A DNA stretch of 61,869 bases, filler included, from Parachlamydiales bacterium (GTDB lineage Bacteria > Chlamydiota > Chlamydiia > Chlamydiales > Parachlamydiaceae), in assembly GCA_020051075.1 (NCBI GenBank). It is 4 parts of 4 records of this genome, joined end to end, with 100 filler letters (N's around TTAATTAATTAA, not from the genome) between each part and the next. Parts side by side here need not be neighbours in the genome. Positions count along the whole stretch, not along the records: positions 1 to 26,620 come from JAGVJP010000014.1; 3 more parts are not named here. One strand, written 5' to 3'. Positions 1-10,264 of this stretch are shown here, in pieces; position 1 is the stretch's first letter, and each line of letters starts with the position of its first letter. The position numbers and the translations under genes are program-made. The notes beneath the pieces are model-generated. The model ran no database searches. It was given only the letters and a program-made list of their open reading frames with translations, and had not been told where the DNA came from.

Positions 1-13
1 ATTTTTGGTTTTT

Positions 14-106
14 GTGAATAAACACATTAATTGGAGTGTTCGCTCTTTTTCAAGAAAGATCTTTATAAGATCGACTCGAAATCCAGCATAGCAACTGATA
101 CGTATG
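14..106. repeat. 93-bp repeat, inverted copy of 57749-57841; probable end of a multicopy element (IS-like)
   Basis: Reverse complement matches 57749-57841 with one mismatch seen; the other copy runs into an assembly gap. Confidence 0.8.
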
Positions 107-340
107 CTTTCGCATCCTGTCAATTATCCTATAGTTGCAAAACATGTATCCATTTAGGTTGAATTTTTTTTAAACGAATCGTGAGTATAGAGCGACACAA
201 AGTTAGGGTAAAAAAATGCTAAACTCGAGTTTGCGTCTTTGCGTTTAATAAGAGCTAAAGACCATATTCGAGATGGCTGATAAAAAGGCATTCTTTCGAA
301 GGAGCACAATTCCAAACGCTCTCGTTACTTGAAGATCCGA

Positions 341-440
341 TCACCTGACCTCTTTTGTTGTTAAAAATAAGATTGCTTCGAGATCACCTGTTTGAGCAGC
401 CAAATGAAGAGGGGTTTGACCGCTCTCCCAAGTGCCTGAA
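341..440 (-). pseudogene. Isolated ankyrin-repeat remnant
   Basis: GQTPLHLAAQTGDLEAILFL matches the ankyrin consensus; the rest of ORF 341..727 is an alternative frame of the chaperone gene. Confidence 0.55.
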
Positions 441-461
441 TCGTCTTTTAGTGAACGAAAA

Positions 462-962
462 CTATGCTCTGAGAAGCATCTCACGTGCTGCGAGAGCTTG
501 CTCTTTAAGTTGAGAAAATTCCTCTTGATCTTCTGCTGTTTCAATAGCAAGTTCAATAGCTTGTAAAGCGCTTTCTCGATCGTGGATAGCAAATAGGCAT
601 TTAGCAAGATAAAAATAGGGAACAGGACTTGTGATATCACATAATGCTGCAAGTTCATAAGCATCGATTGCCTCTTCATATTGATGGCACATCTGTGTGG
701 CCATTCCAAGTCCGAGCCAATATTCATAATTATTCAAGTTCAGAGAAGCGAGAAACAGAAAAGCATTAGAAGCGTCTTCGTAACGTTTATTTTCAAATAA
801 CATATAAGCTGCGCGATAGAATTTTGCCATTGTCTCTTGCGAAAACTCCAAAATTTCTTGCGCGGTTTTACCCTCTTCAAGCTCTTGGATGACCTTGTCT
901 TGATTCTTAAGCTTTGCGACGACTTTTCTTGTGAGTCGGAATTCTTTTATATCATCGTTCAT
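462..962 (-). CDS. SycD/LcrH-family type III secretion chaperone (TPR)
   Basis: Small acidic TPR protein: FYRAAYMLFENKRYEDA, YWLGLGMATQMCHQYEEAIDAY, PVPYFYLAKCL. Confidence 0.85.
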   Translation of the reverse strand: MNDDIKEFRLTRKVVAKLKNQDKVIQELEEGKTAQEILEFSQETMAKFYRAAYMLFENKRYEDASNAFLFLASLNLNNYEYWLGLGMATQMCHQYEEAIDAYELAALCDITSPVPYFYLAKCLFAIHDRESALQAIELAIETAEDQEEFSQLKEQALAAREMLLRA

Positions 963-1028
963 TGACTAGATGCCGGTATTAGGTTCGATTAATTTTGATA
1001 TACTTCATCTTGCTAAAGCTGTCAAATG

Positions 1029-1067
1029 ATAGAAACACAGAGGCACAGATCTGTGTCTCTGTGTTTT
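1029..1067. repeat. Short palindromic REP-like repeat (ACACAGAGGCACAGA family)
   Basis: aaacacagaggcacagatctgtgtctctgtgttt; same motif at 17106-17352. Confidence 0.7.
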
Positions 1068-1114
1068 AATTGTACCCCGCCAACTTTAGAGCCTTGCAAT
1101 CCCACTTTCTTTTA

Positions 1115-1143
1115 TTGCATAAAGAAATAAAATGGTGTAATAT
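1115..1143 (+). promoter_or_regulatory. Putative sigma66 promoter
   Basis: TTGCAT-N17-TAATAT upstream of an AGGAG RBS and ATG 1174. Confidence 0.45.
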
Positions 1144-1173
1144 GCTGAACTGAAAATAAATAGGAGAAACTCT

Positions 1174-1602
1174 ATGATTGATACTGCTTTACGACAAATA
1201 GATCACTCTATTCTTGGACTTGTTGGAAGAGGGATCTATGATATTATACGAGTAGGATTAGAGCCTTCCACCGATTTCAAGATGGTTGAAATTGCACAAA
1301 ATATTTTTTCTGTTTTTCTTCTCCTTCATGTTCATAATTTTGCGGTATATAGCTTTGCCTTAGGGTTTATATTCAGTGATCAAGTTGCTTGGGTCGCCAA
1401 CAAAGTGAATACGGTTATCCTAGCGCAAAATACTTTCTTCAGAAGACATGTTTTTGTATTGGGAGGTGTTTTCTTAGCCTTAAAATTTTTACCTTCATCA
1501 ATGCATGTTGCAGCTCTCTATCTCGCTGCCAATCTAGGGGCAAATCTTGACATAAGCAGCCGCGCTAGACTTGAACAAATTCAGCCACAGCAGCAACAAT
1601 AG
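1174..1602 (+). CDS. Hypothetical membrane protein
   Basis: 142-aa ORF with RBS, several hydrophobic segments and a Gln-rich tail. Confidence 0.65.
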   Translation: MIDTALRQIDHSILGLVGRGIYDIIRVGLEPSTDFKMVEIAQNIFSVFLLLHVHNFAVYSFALGFIFSDQVAWVANKVNTVILAQNTFFRRHVFVLGGVFLALKFLPSSMHVAALYLAANLGANLDISSRARLEQIQPQQQQ

Positions 1603-1614
1603 CAGGAATAACGG

Positions 1615-2517
1615 TCAATCATTGCGCAGATGGCAGTTCTGAAAAGCAGCATGCAGTTGCTTGCTATTGACATGTGTGTACCGATCTGTTGTTCCTATGC
1701 TGGCATGTCCTAGCAACTCTTGAATCACACGCAGGTCTGCACCACCGTCTAAAAGATGTGTCGCAAATGAATGTCGGAAGGTGTGAGGAGAGATCAACTT
1801 AGTGATGCCGGCTTTTTTAGCATATTTTTTAACAAGTTTCCAAACTGAAATTCGATCGACAGGACGATTATTTTTGTCTAAGAATAATTCGTTAACTCCT
1901 TCTTCTTGAGGCCCATCTCGAAAAGCCAGATAGCGATCGATGGCTGCGAGAGCGGGGGTGCCGATCGGGACAAGCCTCTCTTTCCCCCCTTTGCCTCGAA
2001 TGCGGAGGTAGTGGTCGTCTACATCGCTGATTTTAAGGCGGCAGAGCTCTGAAACGCGCAGTCCTGAGCTGTACAAGACCTCTAAGATCGCCCGATCCCG
2101 CGCTCCGCTTTTTTTTGTCAGAACAGGTTGCATGAGCAGGGTTTCAATTTCATGGAGCGATAAAATGTTAGGAATCAGCTGCCAAATCTTCGGATTGTCA
2201 AGGAGTTTAGCAGGATTGATTGAGATCGCACCTTCTCTTTTGAGGAATTTAAAAAACACTTTAATCGCTGCTAAGGTCCTGCCGATGGAAGAAGAGGCGT
2301 AGCCCTGACTTTTCTTAGTCGAAAGAAAGTTGACAATATGGTGTTGAGTCACATCCTTCCAAGAGGTCATGTGATCGAGGGGGAGGGATGCAGCAAACGT
2401 TTGAATATCTCTTCTATAGGCATCGATGGTATGAGGAGAATACCCTTTTTCAGAAAGGAGATAAGAGAGAAATTCTTTGATCTCATCTGTATACCCGCAT
2501 CTAGTGTGTATAAACAT
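1615..2517 (-). CDS. xerD: Tyrosine recombinase XerD
   Basis: RDRAILEVLYSSGLRVSEL, GKGGKER, SPHTFRHSFATHLL, IQELLGHASIGTTDRYTH. Confidence 0.9.
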   Translation of the reverse strand: MFIHTRCGYTDEIKEFLSYLLSEKGYSPHTIDAYRRDIQTFAASLPLDHMTSWKDVTQHHIVNFLSTKKSQGYASSSIGRTLAAIKVFFKFLKREGAISINPAKLLDNPKIWQLIPNILSLHEIETLLMQPVLTKKSGARDRAILEVLYSSGLRVSELCRLKISDVDDHYLRIRGKGGKERLVPIGTPALAAIDRYLAFRDGPQEEGVNELFLDKNNRPVDRISVWKLVKKYAKKAGITKLISPHTFRHSFATHLLDGGADLRVIQELLGHASIGTTDRYTHVNSKQLHAAFQNCHLRND

Positions 2518-2525
2518 AGTTGCTT

Positions 2526-3023
2526 CTACATTAGTTTGAGCGCCAAAGACTTCTGTTTCTGATCGATTTGAGTTTGAGTGAGGTCGATGAGACGGATGGT
2601 GACGAATTCATCCTGTTTGGCAATTTCATAGAGGTGATAGTTTTTTCCACCTTCAGAGAATTCTTTTCTGAGGATGAGTTGGCGGGCATGTGCGAGGAAT
2701 AAACTCAAAACGAAGATTTCCACCTCGTCGGGTTCGGCATCTTTAAGCGACTGCTGCAAGAGGTGGAGAGCTCGTTCAACGCGATTGGAAGACTGCGGTC
2801 GTTCTTTTCGTTCAATCTTAGACTTCCAATAGCCCTGTGCTTCTTTGATGCTCTCTTGGGGAAGTTCAGCCCAGCAAGCCAGACAAAAATCGCGCCTGGT
2901 GACGGTTCTAGTTTCTGTTTCAATGAGGAGTGAAACGACTTCCATGTCAGGAATCAACCGCTCTCCTTTTGCAAAGCAGGCGGCATTCCGTTTAGGGATG
3001 TCGAGTTGAAAGAGTGAATTCAT
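2526..3023 (-). CDS. Hypothetical protein (co-oriented between pgi and xerD)
   Basis: 165-aa ORF tightly packed in the operon; Cys pair RRDFCLACW. Confidence 0.7.
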   Translation of the reverse strand: MNSLFQLDIPKRNAACFAKGERLIPDMEVVSLLIETETRTVTRRDFCLACWAELPQESIKEAQGYWKSKIERKERPQSSNRVERALHLLQQSLKDAEPDEVEIFVLSLFLAHARQLILRKEFSEGGKNYHLYEIAKQDEFVTIRLIDLTQTQIDQKQKSLALKLM

Positions 3024-3041
3024 AGCGGTGTCGTCAAATAG

Positions 3042-4667
3042 TTATAACCGGTCAAGATGTTTCAAGTAGGCTTCTCCTAGAGGATAGGAAGCCTTATCTT
3101 GGGTTCCTTGGTGTTTGCAAGCTAACTGGTTGATGATCTTGTTTGCTAAGACTTTTCCCAGTTGAACGCCTTCTTGATCAAAGGAATTAATATCCCAGAT
3201 GAAGCCGATAAAATCAACCTTATTTTCCCAAAACGAGAGGAGAGCGCCGAGCGAATAGGGGGTGAGGCGGTTTGCAAGAAGAATATGAGAGGGGCGGTTT
3301 CCAGGGGTAAATTTATTTAAATTATCAGTTTGATTGCCTAAAGCCAAACCAAGAGACTGTGCAAACATATTCGCAAGAAGTTTTTCTTGAGAGAATGTCC
3401 CCTGGACAAGCAAATCTTCTCCTAGTTGGCTTTCTTTATAGCCAATGAAGCAGACAGGAATAACGCTCGTGCCTTGATGAAGAAGTTGAAAGAATGAGTG
3501 CTGTCCGTTTGTTCCCGGCTCTCCCCACCAGATTGCCCCTGTTTCGAAATCAGTGAGAACACCTTTCTTATCGATCATTTTGCCGTTAGATTCCATACCG
3601 ACCTGCTGCAGGTGTGCCGGAAAGCGGTGAAGCGGCTGTGAGTAGGGGATAATTGCTGTCGTGGGATAATGCAAGAAATTATGATTCCAAACTTCAATCA
3701 GTGCTGCCAACAGAGGTAAATTTGTGAATAAGTCTTGTTGAAAGCAGGTTTTGTCCATGTCATGAGCTCCTCTCAGCAGTTCCCAAAACACATCAAAACC
3801 AAAGGCAAAAGAGAGGACGACACCTCCCACCATCGAAGTGGTGGAGTAGCGTCCGCCAATCCAATCCCACACATAGAACGTTTCCCTGTAGCGATGTTTA
3901 TTATCCATGGGGGTATTGGGCATCGTGATTGAGATGAAGTGGGAATGGGGGTTCAAATTTTCCGCTTCGAATTTTGCTCGGGCAATTTCTTCATTTGTTT
4001 CGGTCTCGAGGGTCGTGCCGGACTTAGAAATAACGACCACGAGGGTGCGTTTGAGGTTCACGTGTTTAAAGACTGAAGCGGCGTCGTCAGGGTCGACATT
4101 GGAGATGAAGTGAATTTTTCTTCCAGGCTTCAGGAGATATTCTAGAGCATAATAGTGAGCGCGAGGTCCGAGGTCTGAGCCTCCGATGCCGATCATCACC
4201 ATTTCGTCGAAGCTGTTTTCTTTCTCGATGTTTGCGAGGAAGGTCTTCAACTTATTGATTTCTTTCAGTGCTTCGCTGGCCGCTTCCTTGGCATTTTTTG
4301 CGGAACGGGGGCTGTCGAAGAAATCGCGGGTTGCCGTGTGCAGAGCTTTACGGTTCTCGGAAGAGGTGTGTTCAATAAAGTTCACGACTTCCCCATCTTG
4401 CATCTGCTCCATTTTTTGAAAAACCCGTTGTTCCTCAGCCAAGGATTTCAAGTTTGAAAGCACGTCATCGTTGATCTTCTCAGTGCCATAAAGAAGGGAA
4501 TAGCCGCATGCTTCAGCGCAGCAGTTGGCAATTCTCTCAGGGGTGAGCACTCCAGGTTTGGATAGATCAATGGGATTGAGTGCAAGGAGTTTGAGTTCTT
4601 TGGAATATTTATTTCCTTGGAAACTAGAGATTTTGTGTTCGCTCTTTTCCTTGACTGCTGGGGCCAT
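3042..4667 (-). CDS. pgi: Glucose-6-phosphate isomerase
   Basis: IGIGGSDLGP, SKSGTTLET, GGRYS, MESNGK, GTNGQHSFFQLLHQG, SFDQEGVQLGK. Confidence 0.97.
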   Translation of the reverse strand: MAPAVKEKSEHKISSFQGNKYSKELKLLALNPIDLSKPGVLTPERIANCCAEACGYSLLYGTEKINDDVLSNLKSLAEEQRVFQKMEQMQDGEVVNFIEHTSSENRKALHTATRDFFDSPRSAKNAKEAASEALKEINKLKTFLANIEKENSFDEMVMIGIGGSDLGPRAHYYALEYLLKPGRKIHFISNVDPDDAASVFKHVNLKRTLVVVISKSGTTLETETNEEIARAKFEAENLNPHSHFISITMPNTPMDNKHRYRETFYVWDWIGGRYSTTSMVGGVVLSFAFGFDVFWELLRGAHDMDKTCFQQDLFTNLPLLAALIEVWNHNFLHYPTTAIIPYSQPLHRFPAHLQQVGMESNGKMIDKKGVLTDFETGAIWWGEPGTNGQHSFFQLLHQGTSVIPVCFIGYKESQLGEDLLVQGTFSQEKLLANMFAQSLGLALGNQTDNLNKFTPGNRPSHILLANRLTPYSLGALLSFWENKVDFIGFIWDINSFDQEGVQLGKVLANKIINQLACKHQGTQDKASYPLGEAYLKHLDRL

Positions 4668-4768
4668 GGTTAACTCCTTTGCTGGAAGTGTTCCAGTGTT
4701 AAATTTTTACCATGACTTTTTCTTGATTTTCTCGCAAGAGGGATTCTTTGTTGAACACATCGATTGAT

Positions 4769-5116
4769 TTATTCTGTGAGAAATTCACCAAAATCGATGA
4801 TTTTAGAAAAAAAGCCACTTTTCTGTACCGACTCAGCCACTCCATTGACATGAATTAAGACTGGCCATACTGAAAGATTTTTTTGAGTTGAAAGACGCTT
4901 AATTTTGTCTTGAATTTCCTCAATGATCGATAATCCAATTTTATCTTTCGAAAATTTGATTTCACAAAGATAAAGGGAATTATACTTTGTTTGAACCATA
5001 TAATCGATTTGACATCCCTTATGGCTCTGTGTTCCTTTCTGAAAATATGGATTGTCAAAGACTACATTTTCAGGAGAGATATTGAGATGATCTTTTAAAT
5101 TTTTTCGATTATTCAA
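4769..5116 (-). pseudogene. C-terminal fragment of an AAA-ATPase / PD-(D/E)XK-like domain protein
   Basis: GCQIDYMVQ...LYLCEIKFS resembles the C-terminal domain of archaeal-type ATPases; no P-loop domain upstream. Confidence 0.6.
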
Positions 5117-5249
5117 GTTTGAGATATCTGAAAAGTATCACGAAATCAATAAAAATCAAATTTCGTGACAATTTTCATAGCATTTTAACGCAAAGGAGTA
5201 CAAGAGGCGCAAAGAGGGGGTGGAAAATCAAAAAGAGATATAGTCATTG

Positions 5250-5547
5250 CAGGATCACCAATTCGATCCATGTTGTAGACATGATTCAAGAAAGAAAAAC
5301 TGAATTGGTAGCGCCTGGATTAGATATCAATTTCGATTTGGTTTATGAAGTAAGCATTTTTGAAGGAAAGCTCTTTGTTATCGTACGTCATATCATGTTA
5401 GTGAATTTCAAAATCCATATCTTTGACCTGACGCCCCAGGCAACGACCCTTATCTTTATACACATCTTCCCATTGCTTGTTCGGGCAACGAGAATTACCC
5501 GTTTTTCTGTCGCTGCTACCGCAGCTCTTCATTTATCTGCATTTTGA
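5250..5547 (+). pseudogene. Remnant paralogous to the C-terminus of 6323..7987
   Basis: NSIHVVDMIQERKTELVAPGLDINFDLVYEVSIFEGKL aligns with NTIHIVDLIQRRKMDLVMPELDINYDLISEVKMIGGKL. Confidence 0.75.
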
Positions 5548-6051
5548 CCCCACGTTCCGGTCGCGGAGCTCCCTCCACGCCATACTTGTACCCACATCTT
5601 TTGAGTCGACCCTGGAAAGTCTTGTGCCGCCCTTTCAGGGCTCGCTATTTGGGGTTGAGCATCCCCAGGCATGACGGCCTGGGCTATGATATGCCAGCAC
5701 TTCGTGCTTTAGAAATGCCTCAAAAGGTGATGACCTATCTAAGTTAGAACAGAATGTTAGGCACGGGAGAAGATCAAAAGTCCTAAGAATCGGTAATTTC
5801 TAATATTTGAAGAGGATCTCAATAGGACTAAGAATAAGCATGCCCTAAAGCACGAAGTGCTGGCATATCATAGCCCAGGCCGTCAGGCCTGGGGATGCTC
5901 AACCCCAAATAGCGAGCCCTGAAAGGGCGGCACAAGACTTTCCAGGGTCGACTCAAAAGATGTGGGTACAAGTATGGCGTGTAGGGAGCTCCGCGACCGG
6001 AACGTGGGGTCAAGATGCAGACCAATCCAGAGCTGCGGTAGCAGCGACAGA
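5506..6051. repeat. Long inverted repeat: 207-bp arms 5506-5712 and 5845-6051, 132-bp spacer; contains a GCCCTTTCAGGGCT REP-like motif
   Basis: Direct reverse-complement comparison; near-identical except for a few mismatches, mostly at the outer end. Confidence 0.92.
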
Positions 6052-6322
6052 GGGGGCGAAAGTGATTAAAGTGAAAGTTAACAAAGCCAGATTTGCAAAT
6101 TATAGGTTTTTCTATCACAAGTCTCTCGAGAGATCTGTATAAAGATAAGGGAACGACCTTACCATTACCCATTCTCGCGACATCGAAATTATCGGGACAG
6201 TAGGTTAAATTGTTAAGCCTTTGAGATTAGGAGATAAACCCACTTTATGAGATATAATCCTTGCAGGATATTCGTGGAGAAGAGTAGAGTAGATTTTTTT
6301 CATTCATGAAGGACGCTCCATT

Positions 6323-7987
6323 ATGGCAGTTTCAACGACATTATTGGGAATATCATATTTTGCAGATAATCATCGATTAGAATTCCATGCTAAACCTTAC
6401 GGAGTAAGGGCGAAGCTCTGGAGGGATACGGTAAAAGTAGGCACATATCTTTTAGAAAATATTCCGAATATTGCTGCGATGACTTATGAAACCCTGCCTC
6501 TAAACGCTCTATCGCAAGTTTTCAGGTTTTTAACTTTACATCACGTGCAAATTCGAAGAGATGGTGTTGCTTTCACAGTTAAAAGAGTTCCATCTCCTAT
6601 TGGATCTCCAATACTTTCCCCAATCGAGTCCCCTCCACCTTTTGAGGATCCCCCTCATGATGCAGGGATAAGTGCAGAAGAACTTAATGAAGAGCTTGAG
6701 ATAATACGTAGTTTACAGCTTGGGCCAATTCCTCCTGAAGGTGCTCAAACTCAGGGACCCCGTATCTTGTCGGATGAGATCATCGCTCAGATTACGGAAT
6801 GTATGCTTAATCCACCTATCAGATTAGAAACTTTTGCTGCAGAAGCCGACATTGATGACCTTGCGCTTTTTTTTCCCCACCCCGCTCCATCTGAGCTTTT
6901 GCTAGACAATAACAAAATCGTACCCTTGATCACTTTAAAAGGGCCGTACGATGGGAGATTGCCCCGTTTAATCACAAATCAAAATCGTTGGACTGTTTCA
7001 TTTTGCTCTAGAAATAATCAATGTGTCTATGATTTCGAAGAAGCTTTTGCCGACACTCAACCCTATTTAAGTGCTGCTGTTTTGGCTTCGCACATGATCA
7101 TGGGAAGTAACGAGAGAATTGCCATTACTGCCGATGTATCTGGGTCGTTGAAAATATGGGATGTCAATCAGGTGGATCGATGTGAGATTGAAATTCCAAA
7201 TGTCTTCTTCTGCCATTGCCGAGTTGACGATGATGGCAATCAGTATGTCAATGAACTCATTTGTGATGATGAAATTGTCATAGGGGTCGAAAAAATTGCT
7301 GCGCTCAAACCAAATGGGGAGTTATTTATCTGGGACTTGCCAACGAGAGCGCTATCTCTCCATTTATCTGAAGAGCAGGTTTTCCAATACCAGCTCGCTT
7401 TTAGAGATATTGATGGAGATGACACTCCGTTCACCAATTTTTCATTTCATGATGATAGGATTCTTATTCAATCTTTCGAAAGGCAGGAAAGGACGGGGCG
7501 ATTCGTTCTACAATTATTTTATTTAGAACTCAATCCCATTAGTATGAGGCAACACCTACTTGCACCAGAAGAACTGTTTGTAGGCATGCATCAAGGAAGA
7601 GTGGTAACGATCTTTGATCAAAGGCGGTTGTATTTTTCCGAACTTTGTAGCAATGCTCCAAGAACGTTTGTTATGAACTTAGGATTTGATGTGAAAAAAA
7701 TCTATAGGTGTGGAAATGAGATTGTTTTCGTTAGCACTGTCAATACAATTCACATTGTCGACCTCATTCAACGGAGGAAAATGGATTTGGTTATGCCAGA
7801 GTTAGACATCAATTATGATCTGATTAGTGAAGTCAAAATGATTGGAGGAAAGCTCATTTTTTTGGAGTCTCGTGTAGTGAAGTTTAACATCTACATCTTG
7901 GAATTGATACCTCCAACAACAGATGCTGCGGCTAATGTTTCCAGTCCAGGTTCTTCCATTTCTTCAACTTTAACACTCGGTGAGTGA
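6323..7987 (+). CDS. Hypothetical protein with Pro-rich linker and WD40-like beta-propeller C-terminus; effector candidate
   Basis: 554 aa; PSPIGSPILSPIESPPP; ADVSGSLKIWDV and GELFIWDL WD-like motifs. Confidence 0.6.
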   Translation: MAVSTTLLGISYFADNHRLEFHAKPYGVRAKLWRDTVKVGTYLLENIPNIAAMTYETLPLNALSQVFRFLTLHHVQIRRDGVAFTVKRVPSPIGSPILSPIESPPPFEDPPHDAGISAEELNEELEIIRSLQLGPIPPEGAQTQGPRILSDEIIAQITECMLNPPIRLETFAAEADIDDLALFFPHPAPSELLLDNNKIVPLITLKGPYDGRLPRLITNQNRWTVSFCSRNNQCVYDFEEAFADTQPYLSAAVLASHMIMGSNERIAITADVSGSLKIWDVNQVDRCEIEIPNVFFCHCRVDDDGNQYVNELICDDEIVIGVEKIAALKPNGELFIWDLPTRALSLHLSEEQVFQYQLAFRDIDGDDTPFTNFSFHDDRILIQSFERQERTGRFVLQLFYLELNPISMRQHLLAPEELFVGMHQGRVVTIFDQRRLYFSELCSNAPRTFVMNLGFDVKKIYRCGNEIVFVSTVNTIHIVDLIQRRKMDLVMPELDINYDLISEVKMIGGKLIFLESRVVKFNIYILELIPPTTDAAANVSSPGSSISSTLTLGE

Positions 7988-9167
7988 ATCGCAGAAGATG
8001 ATAAGACAAGAAAAGATTACCGTTATTGGTTTGGGATATGTGGGCCTTCCCATGGCCTGTATTCTAGCTAGTGCAGGTTATCAGGTAACTGGTGTAGACA
8101 TTGATCATGACGTTGTTGCCCGCGTTCAATCGGGTAGTATAAATAATCCAGAACCTAATCTTCAAGAGCTTTTGAGCAATGTGATTGACACAGGTAATCT
8201 TACAGCGTCCATCTCCGTTTCTCCTGCAGATATCTACATCGTTGCTGTTCCCACCCCTATTGATCCTAGCCGTCAGCCTGATATTTCCTGTGTCAACGCA
8301 GCGATAGATACCATTACGCCTCATCTGAAACCAGATGATTTAATTCTGATCGAGTCAACGTGTCCGATAGGTACGACCGAAGCTGTTGCACGCAAAGTAC
8401 GGCTAATGTGTCCTCAGGCTTATGTCGCCTATTGCCCTGAGAGGATTCTTCCTGGAAATATTCTTTGGGAATTGGTTCACAATGATCGGGTCATTGGAGG
8501 TGTAGATGATGCCTCAACATCTATTGCTTCAAGATTTTATCGAACATTTGTCCTTGGTGAGGTGCTATCGAGTGATGCAAGGACAGCGGAAGCCGTTAAA
8601 CTTATTGAGAATACTTATCGAGATGTCAACATTGCCTATGCTAATGAGTTATCGATGATCGCCGACCATTTGGCCCTTGATGTGAATGAGTTGATCCGAT
8701 TGGCGAATCGGCATCCCCGTGTACAAATTCTTCAACCTAGTCCCGGTGTTGGCGGCCATTGCATTGCGATAGACCCGTGGTTTTTGATCTCATCAGCTCC
8801 TCATCTTGCTAAGCTGGCTACCCATGCAAGGGAGGTGAATCTAACAAAAACCGATTGGGTCATTGAAAAAGTGCGAAAAGCCATTAAAGAAAGCGGAGCG
8901 AATGTCATCGCTTGTTTGGGTTTAACCTATAAAGCTGATGTTTCAGATATTAGAGAATCACCAGCGATGGCTATTGTAAAAAAGCTAGAACATGAAATCG
9001 ACCTCCTTCGTTATGATCCCTATCATACTGAAGATGAAAATTTATATGACATCCTCGCACGTGCACATATTGTTGTGGGACTAGTCCCGCATCGGGAATT
9101 TTTGACGATTCCCTCACACTATCTTGCAGGTAAAATTGTTCTCGATTTTGCAGGGGTGTTTAAGTGA
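7980..9167 (+). CDS. wecC: UDP-N-acetyl-D-mannosamine dehydrogenase (nucleotide-sugar dehydrogenase); start may be ATG 7998
   Basis: GLGYVG Rossmann motif, ESTCPIGTT, YCPERILPG, KLIENTYRDVNIAYANE, catalytic GGHCIAIDP. Confidence 0.92.
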   Translation: MSESQKMIRQEKITVIGLGYVGLPMACILASAGYQVTGVDIDHDVVARVQSGSINNPEPNLQELLSNVIDTGNLTASISVSPADIYIVAVPTPIDPSRQPDISCVNAAIDTITPHLKPDDLILIESTCPIGTTEAVARKVRLMCPQAYVAYCPERILPGNILWELVHNDRVIGGVDDASTSIASRFYRTFVLGEVLSSDARTAEAVKLIENTYRDVNIAYANELSMIADHLALDVNELIRLANRHPRVQILQPSPGVGGHCIAIDPWFLISSAPHLAKLATHAREVNLTKTDWVIEKVRKAIKESGANVIACLGLTYKADVSDIRESPAMAIVKKLEHEIDLLRYDPYHTEDENLYDILARAHIVVGLVPHREFLTIPSHYLAGKIVLDFAGVFK

Positions 9168-10264
9168 AATCGGTATTAACGATCGTTGGTACAAGGCCTG
9201 AAGCGATAAAACTCGCTCCTGTACTCGCCGCTCTGAGTTCCAATACTCGCTTGCGGAACATGATTTGCCTGACTAGACAGCACACTGATCTCATGGACCC
9301 GTTTTTTGAGAAAATGGGTGTCAGAGCAGATTATCAATTTGAACATTGCGAAGCAAGAGGCTCTCTTCATGACAGTTCTTCTCATATCCTAAAGCAATGC
9401 GGGACTGTTTTCGCTGATGCCAAACCCGATATCATTTTAGTCCAAGGAGATACAACGACGGCATTCATCGCTGCCCTTGCTGCATTTTATTCATCCATTC
9501 CTATCGCACACGTTGAAGCAGGATTGAGAACGGGTCAACTCTCCTCACCTTGGCCAGAAGAAGGTCATAGGGTACTTATCGATCGACTTTCAACCTATTT
9601 TTTTGCTCCAACAGAACAAGCGAAAAAAAACCTTCTTGCTGAAGGAGTCTCAGACCATAAAATTTGGGTAGTAGGAAATACTTCCATCGATGCAATACGA
9701 TTAGCTCAAAGCTTCGCAACAAGAAAAATTGATCATGGGTGTCGCAAAATTGCTGTGACAGTTCATAGAAGAGAAAACCATGGAGATCCATTAAGAGAGA
9801 TCTGTACTGGTTTGAGGGTCATTGCTGAGTTATATTCTGATGTTAGAATCCAATTTATTGTGCACCCGAATCCTTCGATAGCGATTCCAGTGACAGAGAT
9901 GATATCAGGAGTTCAAAACATAGAGTTAATAGAACCGATGGATCACATTTCATTTATTAATATTCTTGAAGAGAGTGCATTCATCATTACAGACTCTGGA
10001 GGGATTCAGGAAGAAGCTCCTTTTTTAGGCAAGCCCGTCCTCATTGTTCGAGAGACAACAGAAAGATCAGAATGTCTGGAAGCTGGAACTGCACGGTTAA
10101 TCGGTACAAAAGCGGTCGACATCATCATCAACTGTAAAGAATTACTTGAAAATCAGGATGTCCTGACAGCGATGTCAAAAGTGCATTATCCTTTTGGTGA
10201 TGGCTATGCAGGGGAGAGGATTGCGAGGATATTAGAAGCAGAGTTATCCAAGGTCTCCTTATGA
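9164..10264 (+). CDS. wecB: UDP-N-acetylglucosamine 2-epimerase (non-hydrolysing)
   Basis: GTRPEAIKLAP, VQGDTTT, HVEAGLR, HRREN, TDSGGIQEEAP. Confidence 0.95.
   Translation: MKSVLTIVGTRPEAIKLAPVLAALSSNTRLRNMICLTRQHTDLMDPFFEKMGVRADYQFEHCEARGSLHDSSSHILKQCGTVFADAKPDIILVQGDTTTAFIAALAAFYSSIPIAHVEAGLRTGQLSSPWPEEGHRVLIDRLSTYFFAPTEQAKKNLLAEGVSDHKIWVVGNTSIDAIRLAQSFATRKIDHGCRKIAVTVHRRENHGDPLREICTGLRVIAELYSDVRIQFIVHPNPSIAIPVTEMISGVQNIELIEPMDHISFINILEESAFIITDSGGIQEEAPFLGKPVLIVRETTERSECLEAGTARLIGTKAVDIIINCKELLENQDVLTAMSKVHYPFGDGYAGERIARILEAELSKVSL

Noticed and set aside
1615..2517. Tyrosine recombinase as an island or integron integrase
   Set aside because: Typical XerD sequence in an operon with pgi; no att sites or integron-integrase insertion seen
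5544..6172. Near-identical ORFs 5544..5747 (+) and 5828..6172 (-)
   Set aside because: They are translations of the two inverted-repeat arms and REP sequence, with no protein-like features
6158..6172. CCTTACCATTACCCA motif shared with about 61720-61734 as an IS1-like end
   Set aside because: Only ~15 bp, with no partner inverted end or transposase nearby; too weak to call
7980..10264. Enterobacterial common antigen locus
   Set aside because: Only wecC and wecB are present; no wecA, wecG, wzx or wzy in the window
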